The translations under genes were made by a program, and so were the position numbers. Below the pieces are notes generated by a model. It did not search any database and was not told where the DNA came from. It saw only the letters and a list, made by a program, of their open reading frames with translations. 64,000 nucleotides of DNA from Minisyncoccia bacterium (GTDB taxonomy: Bacteria; Patescibacteriota; Minisyncoccia; Phycocordibacterales; UBA918). Shown piece by piece: positions 37,016-45,554 of the stretch; position 1 is the first letter of the stretch, and each line of letters begins with the position of its first letter. The DNA lies in assembly GCA_041738755.1 (NCBI GenBank), contig JBGSPE010000002.1:13290-77289 (forward strand), given 5' to 3'.

Positions 37016-37216
37016 CTATTTGGTTTCTTTGTTACGTGAACGAGTAGCGAGCTCGGTAAGTGACCGGGCAATCGTTACTTTCGCTCCTCGGATAACGCTT
37101 GCCTTGCGGCCGAATTTATCCTTGAACCGTTCCGCTCGGATAGTCTCTCGGGCAGCGTGAACTGTCTCAACGAGCTCTCCTTCTGATTTTTGACGAATGT
37201 CTTTCATCTGTGTCAT
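37016..37216 (-). CDS. rpmC: 50S ribosomal protein L29
   Basis: 66-aa helical protein in the conserved position between rplP and rpsQ. Confidence 0.8.
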   Translation of the reverse strand: MTQMKDIRQKSEGELVETVHAARETIRAERFKDKFGRKASVIRGAKVTIARSLTELATRSRNKETK

Positions 37217-37230
37217 ACGAAAAGTATTGA

Positions 37231-37665
37231 TTAGGCCCGAGTGTCTTCACGACGCACGAACTTGGCTTTTAATGGGAGTTTTGCAGTCGCCTTTCGCAAG
37301 GCTTCCCGCGCAATATCTTCTGATACACCAGCAACTTCAAAGAGGATTCGATCTGGCTTAGCTTCAAATACAAAGTGATCTGGATCACCCTTACCCTTAC
37401 CCATCGGCACTTCAGCTGCTTTCTTCGTAATTGGTCGGTCAGGGAAGATTCGAATCCAAACTCGACCAGTCTTCCCCATAGTTCGGGAAATTACTCGACG
37501 AGCTGCTTCGATTTGGTTTGACTTGATTCGTGAACCACTAGTGGCCTTGAGACCATATTCACCGTAGGCAACAGTTACGCCGCGTGTGTCTGGACGATTT
37601 CGTCGCTCTTCACTAATACGGTTGGTTTGCCACTTTCGGTGTTTTACTTTTTTTGGAAATAACAT
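37231..37665 (-). CDS. rplP: 50S ribosomal protein L16
   Basis: MLFPKKVKHRKWQ ... L16 family. Confidence 0.9.
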   Translation of the reverse strand: MLFPKKVKHRKWQTNRISEERRNRPDTRGVTVAYGEYGLKATSGSRIKSNQIEAARRVISRTMGKTGRVWIRIFPDRPITKKAAEVPMGKGKGDPDHFVFEAKPDRILFEVAGVSEDIAREALRKATAKLPLKAKFVRREDTRA

Positions 37666-37671
37666 AGGCGA

Positions 37672-38391
37672 TTACTTAGTAGTGCTATTAGTAGCGCCGC
37701 CTCGTGGTGCTTGTTCTTGTTGACCAGTCTTTCGGTCAGCAAATACCTCTCCTCGGTAAATCCAAACCTTGATACCAATTACTCCGTATGGAAGATTCGC
37801 TTCCACGCGCGCAAAGTCGATGTCAGCTCGAAGTGTCTGGAGTGGTACTCGTCCTTTCTTAAGCTCTTCTCGACGAGCCATGTCAGCTCCTCCAAGTCGG
37901 CCAGAAAGGCTCATTCGAACACCTTCAACGTCTCGGTTAGCCATTACCTTTTCAGCTGTTTGCTTCATGACACGACGGAACGTTAAACGCTTTTCGAGTC
38001 CTTCGGCAATCATTTGACCAACAATACGAGCGCTTGATTCTGGAGAACGGATTTCTTCAATATCAATCTTAAGTTCAAGCTTGTCAGTCATCTTTTGCTT
38101 GCGCAAAAAGAGGTCGATTTCTTTCTTGAGTTTTGTGATACCTTCACCACTTCGACCGATGATAAGTCCTGGTCGGGCGGTTTTGATGATGATTCGGATT
38201 TCCTTGTCACTTCGTTCGATTTCAATCATGTCAGTTGACATACCCTTCAATCGAGTCTTGAGGTACTTGCGCAATGCAGCGTCAACCCGAAGGTATTCTC
38301 GGAACTTCTTTGGACTGGTCGTGAACCAGCGACTTCGCCAGTCACGATTGATTCCAATCCGTTGGATGTATGGATGTGCTACGTGTGTCAT
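37672..38391 (-). CDS. rpsC: 30S ribosomal protein S3
   Basis: KH and S3-C domains (HPYIQRIGINRDWRSRWF ...). Confidence 0.9.
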   Translation of the reverse strand: MTHVAHPYIQRIGINRDWRSRWFTTSPKKFREYLRVDAALRKYLKTRLKGMSTDMIEIERSDKEIRIIIKTARPGLIIGRSGEGITKLKKEIDLFLRKQKMTDKLELKIDIEEIRSPESSARIVGQMIAEGLEKRLTFRRVMKQTAEKVMANRDVEGVRMSLSGRLGGADMARREELKKGRVPLQTLRADIDFARVEANLPYGVIGIKVWIYRGEVFADRKTGQQEQAPRGGATNSTTK

Positions 38392-38393
38392 AT

Positions 38394-38720
38394 CTATTTT
38401 TTCTCGCCGAGCTCAACTGAGATATGGCTGTTACGCTTATTAATGCGGGACGCTGAACCACGAGCTCGTGGCATTGATCGCTTCAAGACAGTTCCCTTGT
38501 CGACAGCAACACTCTTCACAAAGAGGTTGTCAGTGTTCTTACCGTGATCCTTTGCGTTGGCAACTGCAGAAGCAATTACTTTTGCAAATGGACCAGCTGC
38601 TCGCTTGTCAACAAATTGTAGTGTTGCTAGGGCGTCAGTAACCTTTTTACCTCGTACTAAACCAGCGAGTAGGCGAACCTTACGCGGTGATTGACGGTAG
38701 TTTTTTAGAATTGCTTTCAT
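38394..38720 (-). CDS. rplV: 50S ribosomal protein L22
   Basis: MKAILKNYRQSPRKVRLLAGLVRGKKV ... Confidence 0.85.
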   Translation of the reverse strand: MKAILKNYRQSPRKVRLLAGLVRGKKVTDALATLQFVDKRAAGPFAKVIASAVANAKDHGKNTDNLFVKSVAVDKGTVLKRSMPRARGSASRINKRNSHISVELGEKK

Positions 38721-38725
38721 ACTGA

Positions 38726-39052
38726 TTATTTAGCCTTAGCTGCTTTAGCGGCTGCGATTTCGGCGTCTTTCTTCTTCTGTTCAAGTTCTTTTTGCATCTT
38801 ACCTCCGTGACGATGGAATTTCTTTGTTGGTGAGAATTCACCAAGCTTGTGACCTACCATTTCTTCGGTGACCAAGACGTCGGTGTGGACTTTGCCGTTG
38901 TGAACGCCAAAGGTGAACCCGACCATTTCTGGAGAAATTACTGAATTTCGTGCCCAGGTCTTGATGCTGCCACTCTCTCCGGGCTTTTTACCGGCGATCT
39001 TCTTGAGGAGCTTTTCGTCTACGTATGGTCCTTTATATAATGATCTGGACAT
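38726..39052 (-). CDS. rpsS: 30S ribosomal protein S19
   Basis: [19 protein letters not shown] ... [18 protein letters not shown]. Confidence 0.9.
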   Translation of the reverse strand: MSRSLYKGPYVDEKLLKKIAGKKPGESGSIKTWARNSVISPEMVGFTFGVHNGKVHTDVLVTEEMVGHKLGEFSPTKKFHRHGGKMQKELEQKKKDAEIAAAKAAKAK

Positions 39053-39425
39053 AACTGATTCAAGGGCATTGATGGTGAAATTCTTTGGCGCTACGGAATT
39101 TTATCGTTCATCGTACAAGGAGTACGTCTCACTCAAAAATTCCTAAGCTTCGCGAATTTCCCTCACCACTGCACCTTTCATTATTAGTATTTTCTAGTAA
39201 CCCGCATGTCGTAACTCGTCAGTGTAATACTGAAACGAGCCGCCCAGTGGCGGCTGATTGAGAATCCCTTATAAAGACAGGTAACGGCCGGCCTTAGTAG
39301 GGATTCCCAGTCCTTTATTTTGTTGTTTTGTTAGTCTCCTTAAGATAGTAGAGACCAACGTGCGACAAAGGTTGGAACCCGCTGAGAATACCAAAATACC
39401 CAGAAAAGTCAATCATTTCTCCATT

Positions 39426-39444
39426 ATCAAGGTGTCACCTTGAT
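39426..39444. promoter_or_regulatory. Perfect 19-bp palindrome ATCAAGGTGTCACCTTGAT, a candidate dimeric-regulator operator
   Basis: Exact dyad symmetry, ~110 nt upstream of the small peptide gene. A second GC palindrome (CCCTAGG-CCGGT-CCTAGGG) lies at 39459-39477. Confidence 0.4.
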
Positions 39445-39553
39445 ATCTTTTAAATTCTCCCTAGGCCGGTCCTAGGGATAATTAGGCTTATTTTACAAAT
39501 ATCTATTTACAAAAGTAAAAATTGTAGTGCTGTAAAAAGAGGAGGATTGCATT

Positions 39554-39673
39554 ATGGGGTACGAAATTGTCGTGTTTATTGTCGTTCTAGGCCTGTTTGG
39601 TCTCTATCGTGCATGGTCTTACTGGTCCTATCTCCGTGAACTATGGAAGGAAAGCGAACGCAGTGGCCAGTGA
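39554..39673 (+). CDS. Small hydrophobic peptide, 39 aa (MGYEIVVFIVVLGLFGLYRAWSYWSYLRELWKESERSGQ)
   Basis: Near-perfect SD (AAAGAGGAGG) 7 nt upstream of the ATG. One TM helix plus an aromatic/charged tail. Immediately followed by a strong intrinsic terminator. Too short to appear in the supplied ORF track. Confidence 0.45.
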   Translation: MGYEIVVFIVVLGLFGLYRAWSYWSYLRELWKESERSGQ

Positions 39674-39677
39674 GCCT

Positions 39678-39719
39678 GGGAGGTGATGGTTTTCAATCAT
39701 CACCTCCCTTTTGCTTTTG
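39678..39719 (+). terminator. Intrinsic terminator after the small peptide gene
   Basis: GGGAGGTGATGG-TTTTCAA-TCATCACCTCCC followed by TTTTGCTTTTG. Confidence 0.75.
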
Positions 39720-39808
39720 TGGTTGTAACACCACGTGATTACTTGCTTTTTTACGTGTAGAGGAGTTTAATCTTTGCTGGAAGGTTCCACACATAGGGAG
39801 AGGCGCTT

Positions 39809-40252
39809 ATGACCTATAATATCTTTTGGGCAGCACTACTCGCAATTTCGACAGGCATAGTTATCAACGGTTTTACCGCTGGATTGCTATCACAGGGTAC
39901 CAAGCTACCCTGGAAAGATATCTGGCTGCGTTTGACCAGCGTACTCTTGCTGGTTGTGAGTATCACCATCATGTGCTCGCTCATTTCCACCGCTCTGTGG
40001 GCTGTGATTGTCACTTTCGGCCTCAACATTGCTGTTATCTGGAAAACAAGATTACTCAAATCCCATCAGCTGGTTAGCCTGACTGGTTGGCTCGTCGCAG
40101 CTGTCAGCTTCTTAATTGGCCAGTCCGCCGCTACCGGCAACATTGTCCAAGCTGAAACGTTTGTCCTCCTTGGCCTCATCTCCGGTGTCCTTGTTGGAGG
40201 CATCTTAGGTGTTTTGCACCTACTCACCAAGAAGAGCGGTCAGGTAGATTAA
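39809..40252 (+). CDS. Hypothetical 4-TM membrane protein
   Basis: 147 aa, four hydrophobic helices. RBS GGGAGAGG. Confidence 0.5.
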   Translation: MTYNIFWAALLAISTGIVINGFTAGLLSQGTKLPWKDIWLRLTSVLLLVVSITIMCSLISTALWAVIVTFGLNIAVIWKTRLLKSHQLVSLTGWLVAAVSFLIGQSAATGNIVQAETFVLLGLISGVLVGGILGVLHLLTKKSGQVD

Positions 40253-40266
40253 TTATGTGTTCGGTA

Positions 40267-40310
40267 TCGAGGTCTTGCAGAGCAAGACCTCGACCGGGCT
40301 TTTTTATTTG
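40267..40310 (+). terminator. Intrinsic terminator
   Basis: TCGAGGTCTTGC-AGAGC-GCAAGACCTCGA (12-bp stem) followed by CCGGGCTTTTTTATTTG. Confidence 0.75.
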
Positions 40311-40326
40311 TGGTAGTGTAATACGC

Positions 40327-40641
40327 ATGAAACACCGCGGACGAGAACATACGTCACTTACAGAGACTGCTACCATAGTAGTGTACGAGCTAAAAAAAAT
40401 TCCTGGCATCAAAATGATTGCTCCTGGAGAAATACGGAGTAATAAAAGAAGTGCCGGCACCAGATACGTTACGGCAAGCTATACAAATGGTGGCTTTGAG
40501 CTACTTATTAGTGGTCAAAGTATTCAAAAAGTTGCTGTCCATACCAGTGATGATCCGGCAACTATTTTTAATCAACTGCAACAGAGTAAGAAATTGACTG
40601 ATTTCGTTTTCAAGACGAGAGAACGAAAACCAGGGATTTAG
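40327..40641 (+). CDS. Hypothetical protein, ~104 aa
   Basis: Start moved downstream of the terminator that lies inside the longer frame. No recognisable domain. Confidence 0.3.
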   Translation: MKHRGREHTSLTETATIVVYELKKIPGIKMIAPGEIRSNKRSAGTRYVTASYTNGGFELLISGQSIQKVAVHTSDDPATIFNQLQQSKKLTDFVFKTRERKPGI

Positions 40642-40648
40642 CTAATAA

Positions 40649-40933
40649 CTAGTATAAGTATTCTCGCAAATCCTCAACAGTAACCTCAGTTCCTTCGTCT
40701 TGCAGTTTTTGAACTGCGGTTTCAAGAGCTTTACTTACAACAGACCTATCTCCTCCAACAGGATCTAACTTACTCTGCTCAATAACTAATCTTGCTTCTT
40801 CAATTATTTCTGCTTCAATTCCTTGTAAATCTTCTGCTCTTTGTAGTTTTTGTTCTGGAGTGACTACTTCTTTTAATGACTCTGCATTTTTCTGACCAAA
40901 CCTCAATGATGCTTCGGGATTATTGAATGACAT
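40649..40933 (-). CDS. Hypothetical helical acidic protein, 94 aa
   Basis: ORF convergent with the 40327 gene. Confidence 0.35.
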   Translation of the reverse strand: MSFNNPEASLRFGQKNAESLKEVVTPEQKLQRAEDLQGIEAEIIEEARLVIEQSKLDPVGGDRSVVSKALETAVQKLQDEGTEVTVEDLREYLY

Positions 40934-41004
40934 ATGTAGAATATAATACCTTTTTTGCTTAAATCAAAAAAGCCCCGAGCAATCGCACGGGGCTTTAATT
41001 TGTT

Positions 41005-42207
41005 CTATAACTCGTCTAATGCTTCATCAATAAGGTCTTCTGCTTCATCAATAAGGTCAAGTACTTCATCATAGTCCTCATCTTCAAAGGCATCTTCTGC
41101 ATCATTTAATACATCTTCTGCTTCGTCGAGTAGGTCACGTGCATCATCTACATCATCTCCGTCGTCCTCTGCTTCATCAATTTCATTTTCAGCATCATCG
41201 AAGTCGTCCCAGGCGTCATCGAGAGCATCCTCAGCTTCAGACTCCTCATCATCACCTCCACCTTCTTCAATTTCATCTTGAGCATCTTTGACCAGGTCTT
41301 CTACTTCTTCCGCAAGATCCATTGCCTCGTCATAATCTTCATCGTTGAAGGCATCAAGGGCATCATCAAAGAGGTCTTCGGCTTCATCAAGCAAGTCTTC
41401 TGCATCTCCGGTTGATTCATCATTATCTTCTGCTTCATCAAATTCATCCCAAGCGTCATTCAAAAGGTCTTCTACTTCATCAAGTAAATCTTCAGCTTCA
41501 GATTCTTCTGATTCGCCACCAGCTTCTTCAAAGGCTTCCTCAGCTAGGTCATAGGCTTCTTCAAGGAAACCTTCCGCTCCATCAGTATCGTCATTAAAGA
41601 ATTCTTTGGCTGCTTTGAAGAATTCTTCTTTTGCGTCATTAAGATCTCTCGTGGCTCGAACGAAACTATCACCACTCTCAAGATCTTCAATTGCATCTTC
41701 TGCGTCTTGAATGAGCTCAATGGTTTTAATAAACCATGCTGCTAATTCTGCACTTGCTGAAGTAGCCGCACCAGCAACTACAGGTTGCGGTGTAGTGGTT
41801 GGGGTTGGTAGTGGGCTGCTTGGAACTTGAGACAGCGGTGGCGTAGTTCCTCCACCTGCAAGTCCAAGCTTGTAGGCCGCTTGTGAGATAGGGCCAAAAA
41901 TACCCACAGTTGGAGTAATCTGATTGGCTGCTTGCCATTTGCTGACAGCTTCTTTCGTGAGCGTCTGGTAAAGTGTTGTTTCATTGCCTGGTGAACCTGG
42001 ACCACTTTCAGCAATTTTGAATCCATTTTCATTGAGGAATACTTGGAGACATCGGACATCTTCACCTTGTACACCAAGATCAAGAGTACGCGTAAATGTA
42101 CATTCCTCAGCGGCCTGCGATACCGACGGTACCATGGATAATGCAACAAACATCAACACGGTAGCGAGAGCTGTCGTTGATGACTGTGAACGTAAAGTGA
42201 TTTTCAT
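41005..42207 (-). CDS. Secreted protein: signal peptide, peptidoglycan-binding (PG_binding_1-like) domain, Pro/Thr linker, and a ~230-aa extremely acidic Asp/Glu repeat region
   Basis: Signal sequence (LATVLMFVALSMVPSVSQAAE). PG-binding-like segment (DVRCLQVFLNENGF ... LTKEAVSKWQAANQI). The C-terminus has repeated units (EDLLDEAEDLFDDALDAFNDEDYDEAMDLAEEVEDL, etc.), and the DNA is repetitive. Confidence 0.55.
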   Translation of the reverse strand: MKITLRSQSSTTALATVLMFVALSMVPSVSQAAEECTFTRTLDLGVQGEDVRCLQVFLNENGFKIAESGPGSPGNETTLYQTLTKEAVSKWQAANQITPTVGIFGPISQAAYKLGLAGGGTTPPLSQVPSSPLPTPTTTPQPVVAGAATSASAELAAWFIKTIELIQDAEDAIEDLESGDSFVRATRDLNDAKEEFFKAAKEFFNDDTDGAEGFLEEAYDLAEEAFEEAGGESEESEAEDLLDEVEDLLNDAWDEFDEAEDNDESTGDAEDLLDEAEDLFDDALDAFNDEDYDEAMDLAEEVEDLVKDAQDEIEEGGGDDEESEAEDALDDAWDDFDDAENEIDEAEDDGDDVDDARDLLDEAEDVLNDAEDAFEDEDYDEVLDLIDEAEDLIDEALDEL

Positions 42208-42484
42208 AAAATAAGCGATTACTAAGTAATTGACTATAAGTATACCATTATTAGACGGGTAGTCTTTGGGGATAAAACCACTGAGTACTCGCGAATCTTA
42301 CAGATTCTGTACACCTTGACGTTATTTCTCATAAATTCAAAATAACTGGCAAGGCCTTGCGAAATGGGTCCCGTCCCATTTCTCACCCGTCTCGGCTGTT
42401 TTCATTTCTTGGAATGGAAATGAAAACATGCCTGCGACTTGGCAAAAGATGCGCAACTGCCGCAGGGCAGTTGCTAAGCCAAAC

Positions 42485-42510
42485 AAAAAAGCACCAGATG
42501 GTGCTTTTTT
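42485..42510. terminator. Bidirectional terminator at the rplB 3' end
   Basis: AAAAAAGCACCA-GA-TGGTGCTTTTTT. Confidence 0.8.
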
Positions 42511-42517
42511 GTTTGGC

Positions 42518-43378
42518 TTATCTTTTGCCACCCATGAGGCGGCCTGGCTTTCGTCGTGAGACGATGAGCTTGTTTGAGTACTTCTTTGGTGATCGAGTCT
42601 TTTGACCCTTTCCGGTCGGACGACCTTGTTTGGTTCGTTGTCGTCGGTGTCCTCGTGGAGATTTTCCTTCTCCACCTCCGTGAGGGTGATCCACCGCGTT
42701 CTTCGCAGCTCCACGAGTCTTCGGTCGAAGTCCCATGTGTCGAGCACGTCCTGCCTTACCAATATCTACCAATCGATGTTCTTCATTTGAAACTGATCCG
42801 ATTGAAGCCCACCCGCTGTTTACTACTTTTCGGATTTCTGAAGATGGCATCTTGAGCGTAGTATGCTTTGCATCTTGTGCGACTACCTCAATATGACTTC
42901 CAGCAGACCGAGCAAGTTGTGCTCCAGCTCCCGGCTTGATTTCTACGTTATACACGAAGGTACCAACTGGGATAGCGTTAAGCGGTAGTCGGTTACCGAC
43001 TTTTGGCTTGGCTGTTTCTGAGGTCACAATGACATCTCCTTGCTTGAGAGCTTGGGGTGCCAAGATGTATCGTCGTTCACCGTCCATGTAACACACGAGG
43101 GCGATAAATCCTGAACGGTTTGGATCGTACTCAATCGTTTCTACTTTCGCAGGAACTTCTTTTTTATCGTACTTGAAGTCAATCAAACGATAGGTCCGCT
43201 TGTTTCCTCCTCCTCGATAGTGAGTAGTAATCCGTCCTTGGTTGTTACGTCCACCAGTATTTCGCTTGCCTTTGGTAAGAGACTTGAGCGGATTACTTTG
43301 GGTCGAAGTAAGTTTCTTCTTATATTCAATGACTGAACCATCACGTCGTCCAGCCGATGTTGGCTTATACTTTTTCAT
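42518..43378 (-). CDS. rplB: 50S ribosomal protein L2
   Basis: 286 aa, L2 family (GRNNQGRITTHYRGGGNKR ..., C-terminal GGGEGKSPRGHRR). Confidence 0.9.
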   Translation of the reverse strand: MKKYKPTSAGRRDGSVIEYKKKLTSTQSNPLKSLTKGKRNTGGRNNQGRITTHYRGGGNKRTYRLIDFKYDKKEVPAKVETIEYDPNRSGFIALVCYMDGERRYILAPQALKQGDVIVTSETAKPKVGNRLPLNAIPVGTFVYNVEIKPGAGAQLARSAGSHIEVVAQDAKHTTLKMPSSEIRKVVNSGWASIGSVSNEEHRLVDIGKAGRARHMGLRPKTRGAAKNAVDHPHGGGEGKSPRGHRRQRTKQGRPTGKGQKTRSPKKYSNKLIVSRRKPGRLMGGKR

Positions 43379-43572
43379 AATGCTGTTGGTTAGAAAATAG
43401 TGGCATGTTGCCTTATCTTCCTAACTGATAATGGTGAGATATATAATCTCGTCAAACCAAATTTAGTTTTGATTTAGATGAAATACGCGGCGAGCAAGGA
43501 ATCAGGCATGAAACGTACTGATTGTACGGTGAGTGTCTGATTACCGTAGCGCAACAAAGTAGTTCGCTAAAT

Positions 43573-43938
43573 CTAAACTAAATTGATGGTGTCACCTTTT
43601 TTGAGGTAGACATACGCCTTTTTCATTCCAGGAACCTTAACCATTCGGTTTTGTGATCCTTTCAATCGCTTGGCGGGTGCTTTTGTTACGGTGTTTACCT
43701 TCACCGGCGTCACATTGTAGAGAGCCTTTACTGCGTCACGAATCTGAAACTTTGAAGCATCACGTCGTACCACGAAGGTGTACACATTCTGTTCGCTGTT
43801 GATCATCGCTTTTTCTGTCAAACGGGGATTCAAGATCACCGCTTGGAGATTCCGATCGGTTGCCTTAGCTGGCGCACCGGTTGGAGCAGTTACAGCTTCC
43901 TCTTTCTTCACTTCTTTCTTTCGACTGAAGAGGGCCAT
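43573..43938 (-). CDS. rplW: 50S ribosomal protein L23 with an N-terminal K/E-rich extension
   Basis: C-terminal L23 core (NVYTFVVRRDASKFQIRDAVKALYNV ...). Start set at the internal Met so that it abuts rplD. Confidence 0.8.
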   Translation of the reverse strand: MALFSRKKEVKKEEAVTAPTGAPAKATDRNLQAVILNPRLTEKAMINSEQNVYTFVVRRDASKFQIRDAVKALYNVTPVKVNTVTKAPAKRLKGSQNRMVKVPGMKKAYVYLKKGDTINLV

Positions 43939-43939
43939 A

Positions 43940-44623
43940 TTACTGAGACTTAGAAGCAGTACCACCAATTCGCTTTTCGAAAATTTCGACTGAGCTAGCT
44001 GGATTAGTTACTACCACATACTTATAAGTGAGAAGGTCAACTGGGTTAACGTCCTTAGCCTGGGTAACTTCAATGTTACCAAAGTTTCGGAAACTCTTTT
44101 CAGTTGCCAAATCTCGTTCGCTTAATACTACGAGTGCAGTGTTCTTTCGCTTGGTAGCGAGTGAGTCAAAACCAGTTCCTTTGGCAATTGCCAATACAAC
44201 TGCCTTGGCTTCTTTGGTCTTTGGTTCACCCATCGCGAGTGAATCGATGAAGATAACTTCTTGGTCAACAAACTTCTTTGAGAGAACACTCGCAAGTGCT
44301 TTCGCTCGAACCTTCTTGTTGATTTTTACTGAGTAGTCTTTTTCGGTACGTGGTCCGTGTGAGACACCTCCACCAGTCCAAATCGGTGACCGTCGTGAAC
44401 CATGTCGTGCTCGACCGGTTCCCTTTTGCCGCCATGGCTTTTTACCACCACCTCGTACTTCGCTTCGGTCCTTAGTGTGAGCTGTACTTGCGCGCGCATT
44501 GGCTTGCATACCAATGACTACTTCATGTACGAGATCAGCGTTCCAAGTAGCTCCGAAGACTGCTTCAGGTAACGCAAGGTTGCCTGCTTCTTTTCCTTCT
44601 TTGGAATAAATTTTTGCATTCAT
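43940..44623 (-). CDS. rplD: 50S ribosomal protein L4
   Basis: L4 family (RGGGKKPWRQKGTGRARHGSRRSPIW). Confidence 0.9.
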   Translation of the reverse strand: MNAKIYSKEGKEAGNLALPEAVFGATWNADLVHEVVIGMQANARASTAHTKDRSEVRGGGKKPWRQKGTGRARHGSRRSPIWTGGGVSHGPRTEKDYSVKINKKVRAKALASVLSKKFVDQEVIFIDSLAMGEPKTKEAKAVVLAIAKGTGFDSLATKRKNTALVVLSERDLATEKSFRNFGNIEVTQAKDVNPVDLLTYKYVVVTNPASSVEIFEKRIGGTASKSQ

Positions 44624-44637
44624 ACGATAATAATTAC

Positions 44638-45252
44638 TTAGACGCTGTATACCTCTACTAAGGTTCCTTTTCGACCCGGGACAGCTCCTGAAACAACCAA
44701 AATATTTTCAGCTGTGTTCACTTGCAATACCGTAAGATTTTTAACCGTGATAGTGTCTCCACCCATTCGACCAGCCATTCGCGTTCCTTTAAGAACGTTA
44801 TTTCCGGTCGCACCGATAGATCCTGGTTCACGTTCTGAGTGCTTTTGTCCGTGTGAGCGACGGCCTCCAGCAAACTTGTGTCGCTTTACCACACCCTGGA
44901 ACCCCTTACCCTTTGAAATGGCTGAAACAGATATAACATCACCGGGAGCAAATGCTTCCACAGAGACGGTTGCTCCTTTTTCAACTCCTTCAATACGAGC
45001 TTCTTCCCCGATACGAGGTCGAAATTCCCGAGCGAGCGCAGACGTACCACGTTGACCCTTTTGTGCCTTGCTAACTCGGTGTTCTTTTTGCTCACCAGAG
45101 GCTAGTTGCACTGCTCTATAGCCGTCCGTCTCAACGGTCTTCACCTGCGTAATAGTCGCTGGTGTGACTTTAAGAACGGTAGCTGCCTGACAGACTCCAG
45201 TCTCATTGAAGACTTGGGTCATACCAGTTTTTGTTCCGAGAATGAATTTCAT
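44638..45252 (-). CDS. rplC: 50S ribosomal protein L3
   Basis: MKFILGTKTGMTQVF ... L3 family. Confidence 0.9.
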   Translation of the reverse strand: MKFILGTKTGMTQVFNETGVCQAATVLKVTPATITQVKTVETDGYRAVQLASGEQKEHRVSKAQKGQRGTSALAREFRPRIGEEARIEGVEKGATVSVEAFAPGDVISVSAISKGKGFQGVVKRHKFAGGRRSHGQKHSEREPGSIGATGNNVLKGTRMAGRMGGDTITVKNLTVLQVNTAENILVVSGAVPGRKGTLVEVYSV

Positions 45253-45494
45253 TTCGTATGCACCTTAAATAATAATTTGCTTTTAAAAGTTGTGTAACAA
45301 CTTCAAGGACCCATACGACAAACCGCGTCATTTGGACGCGAGCACAAGCTCGCAAGTCAAAATGACGCGGTTTGTGCCCAGTGGTTCGTACATTGCTGTT
45401 CGAACGTAGGTCTTTAAAAGCTGGCGCAACTATACCAATTTCTGCTTATTTTGCAAGCCCGCACTAGCAAAATGGCTATTTTTAAGCCATTTTA

Positions 45495-45522
45495 TTGACT
45501 TTTAGCAAAAATATGCTATTAT
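45495..45522 (+). promoter_or_regulatory. Sigma70-like promoter for the 45555 gene
   Basis: TTGACT, 16 nt spacer, TATTAT, about 30 nt upstream of the ATG. Confidence 0.45.
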
Positions 45523-45554
45523 ATGGACATCATTTCTCATAGTGGAGACGACAA

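Noticed and set aside
42357-42605. 82-aa plus-strand ORF spanning the rplB terminator
   Set aside because: It runs through three perfect hairpins and the bidirectional terminator into the rplB coding region. It is more consistent with structured non-coding sequence.
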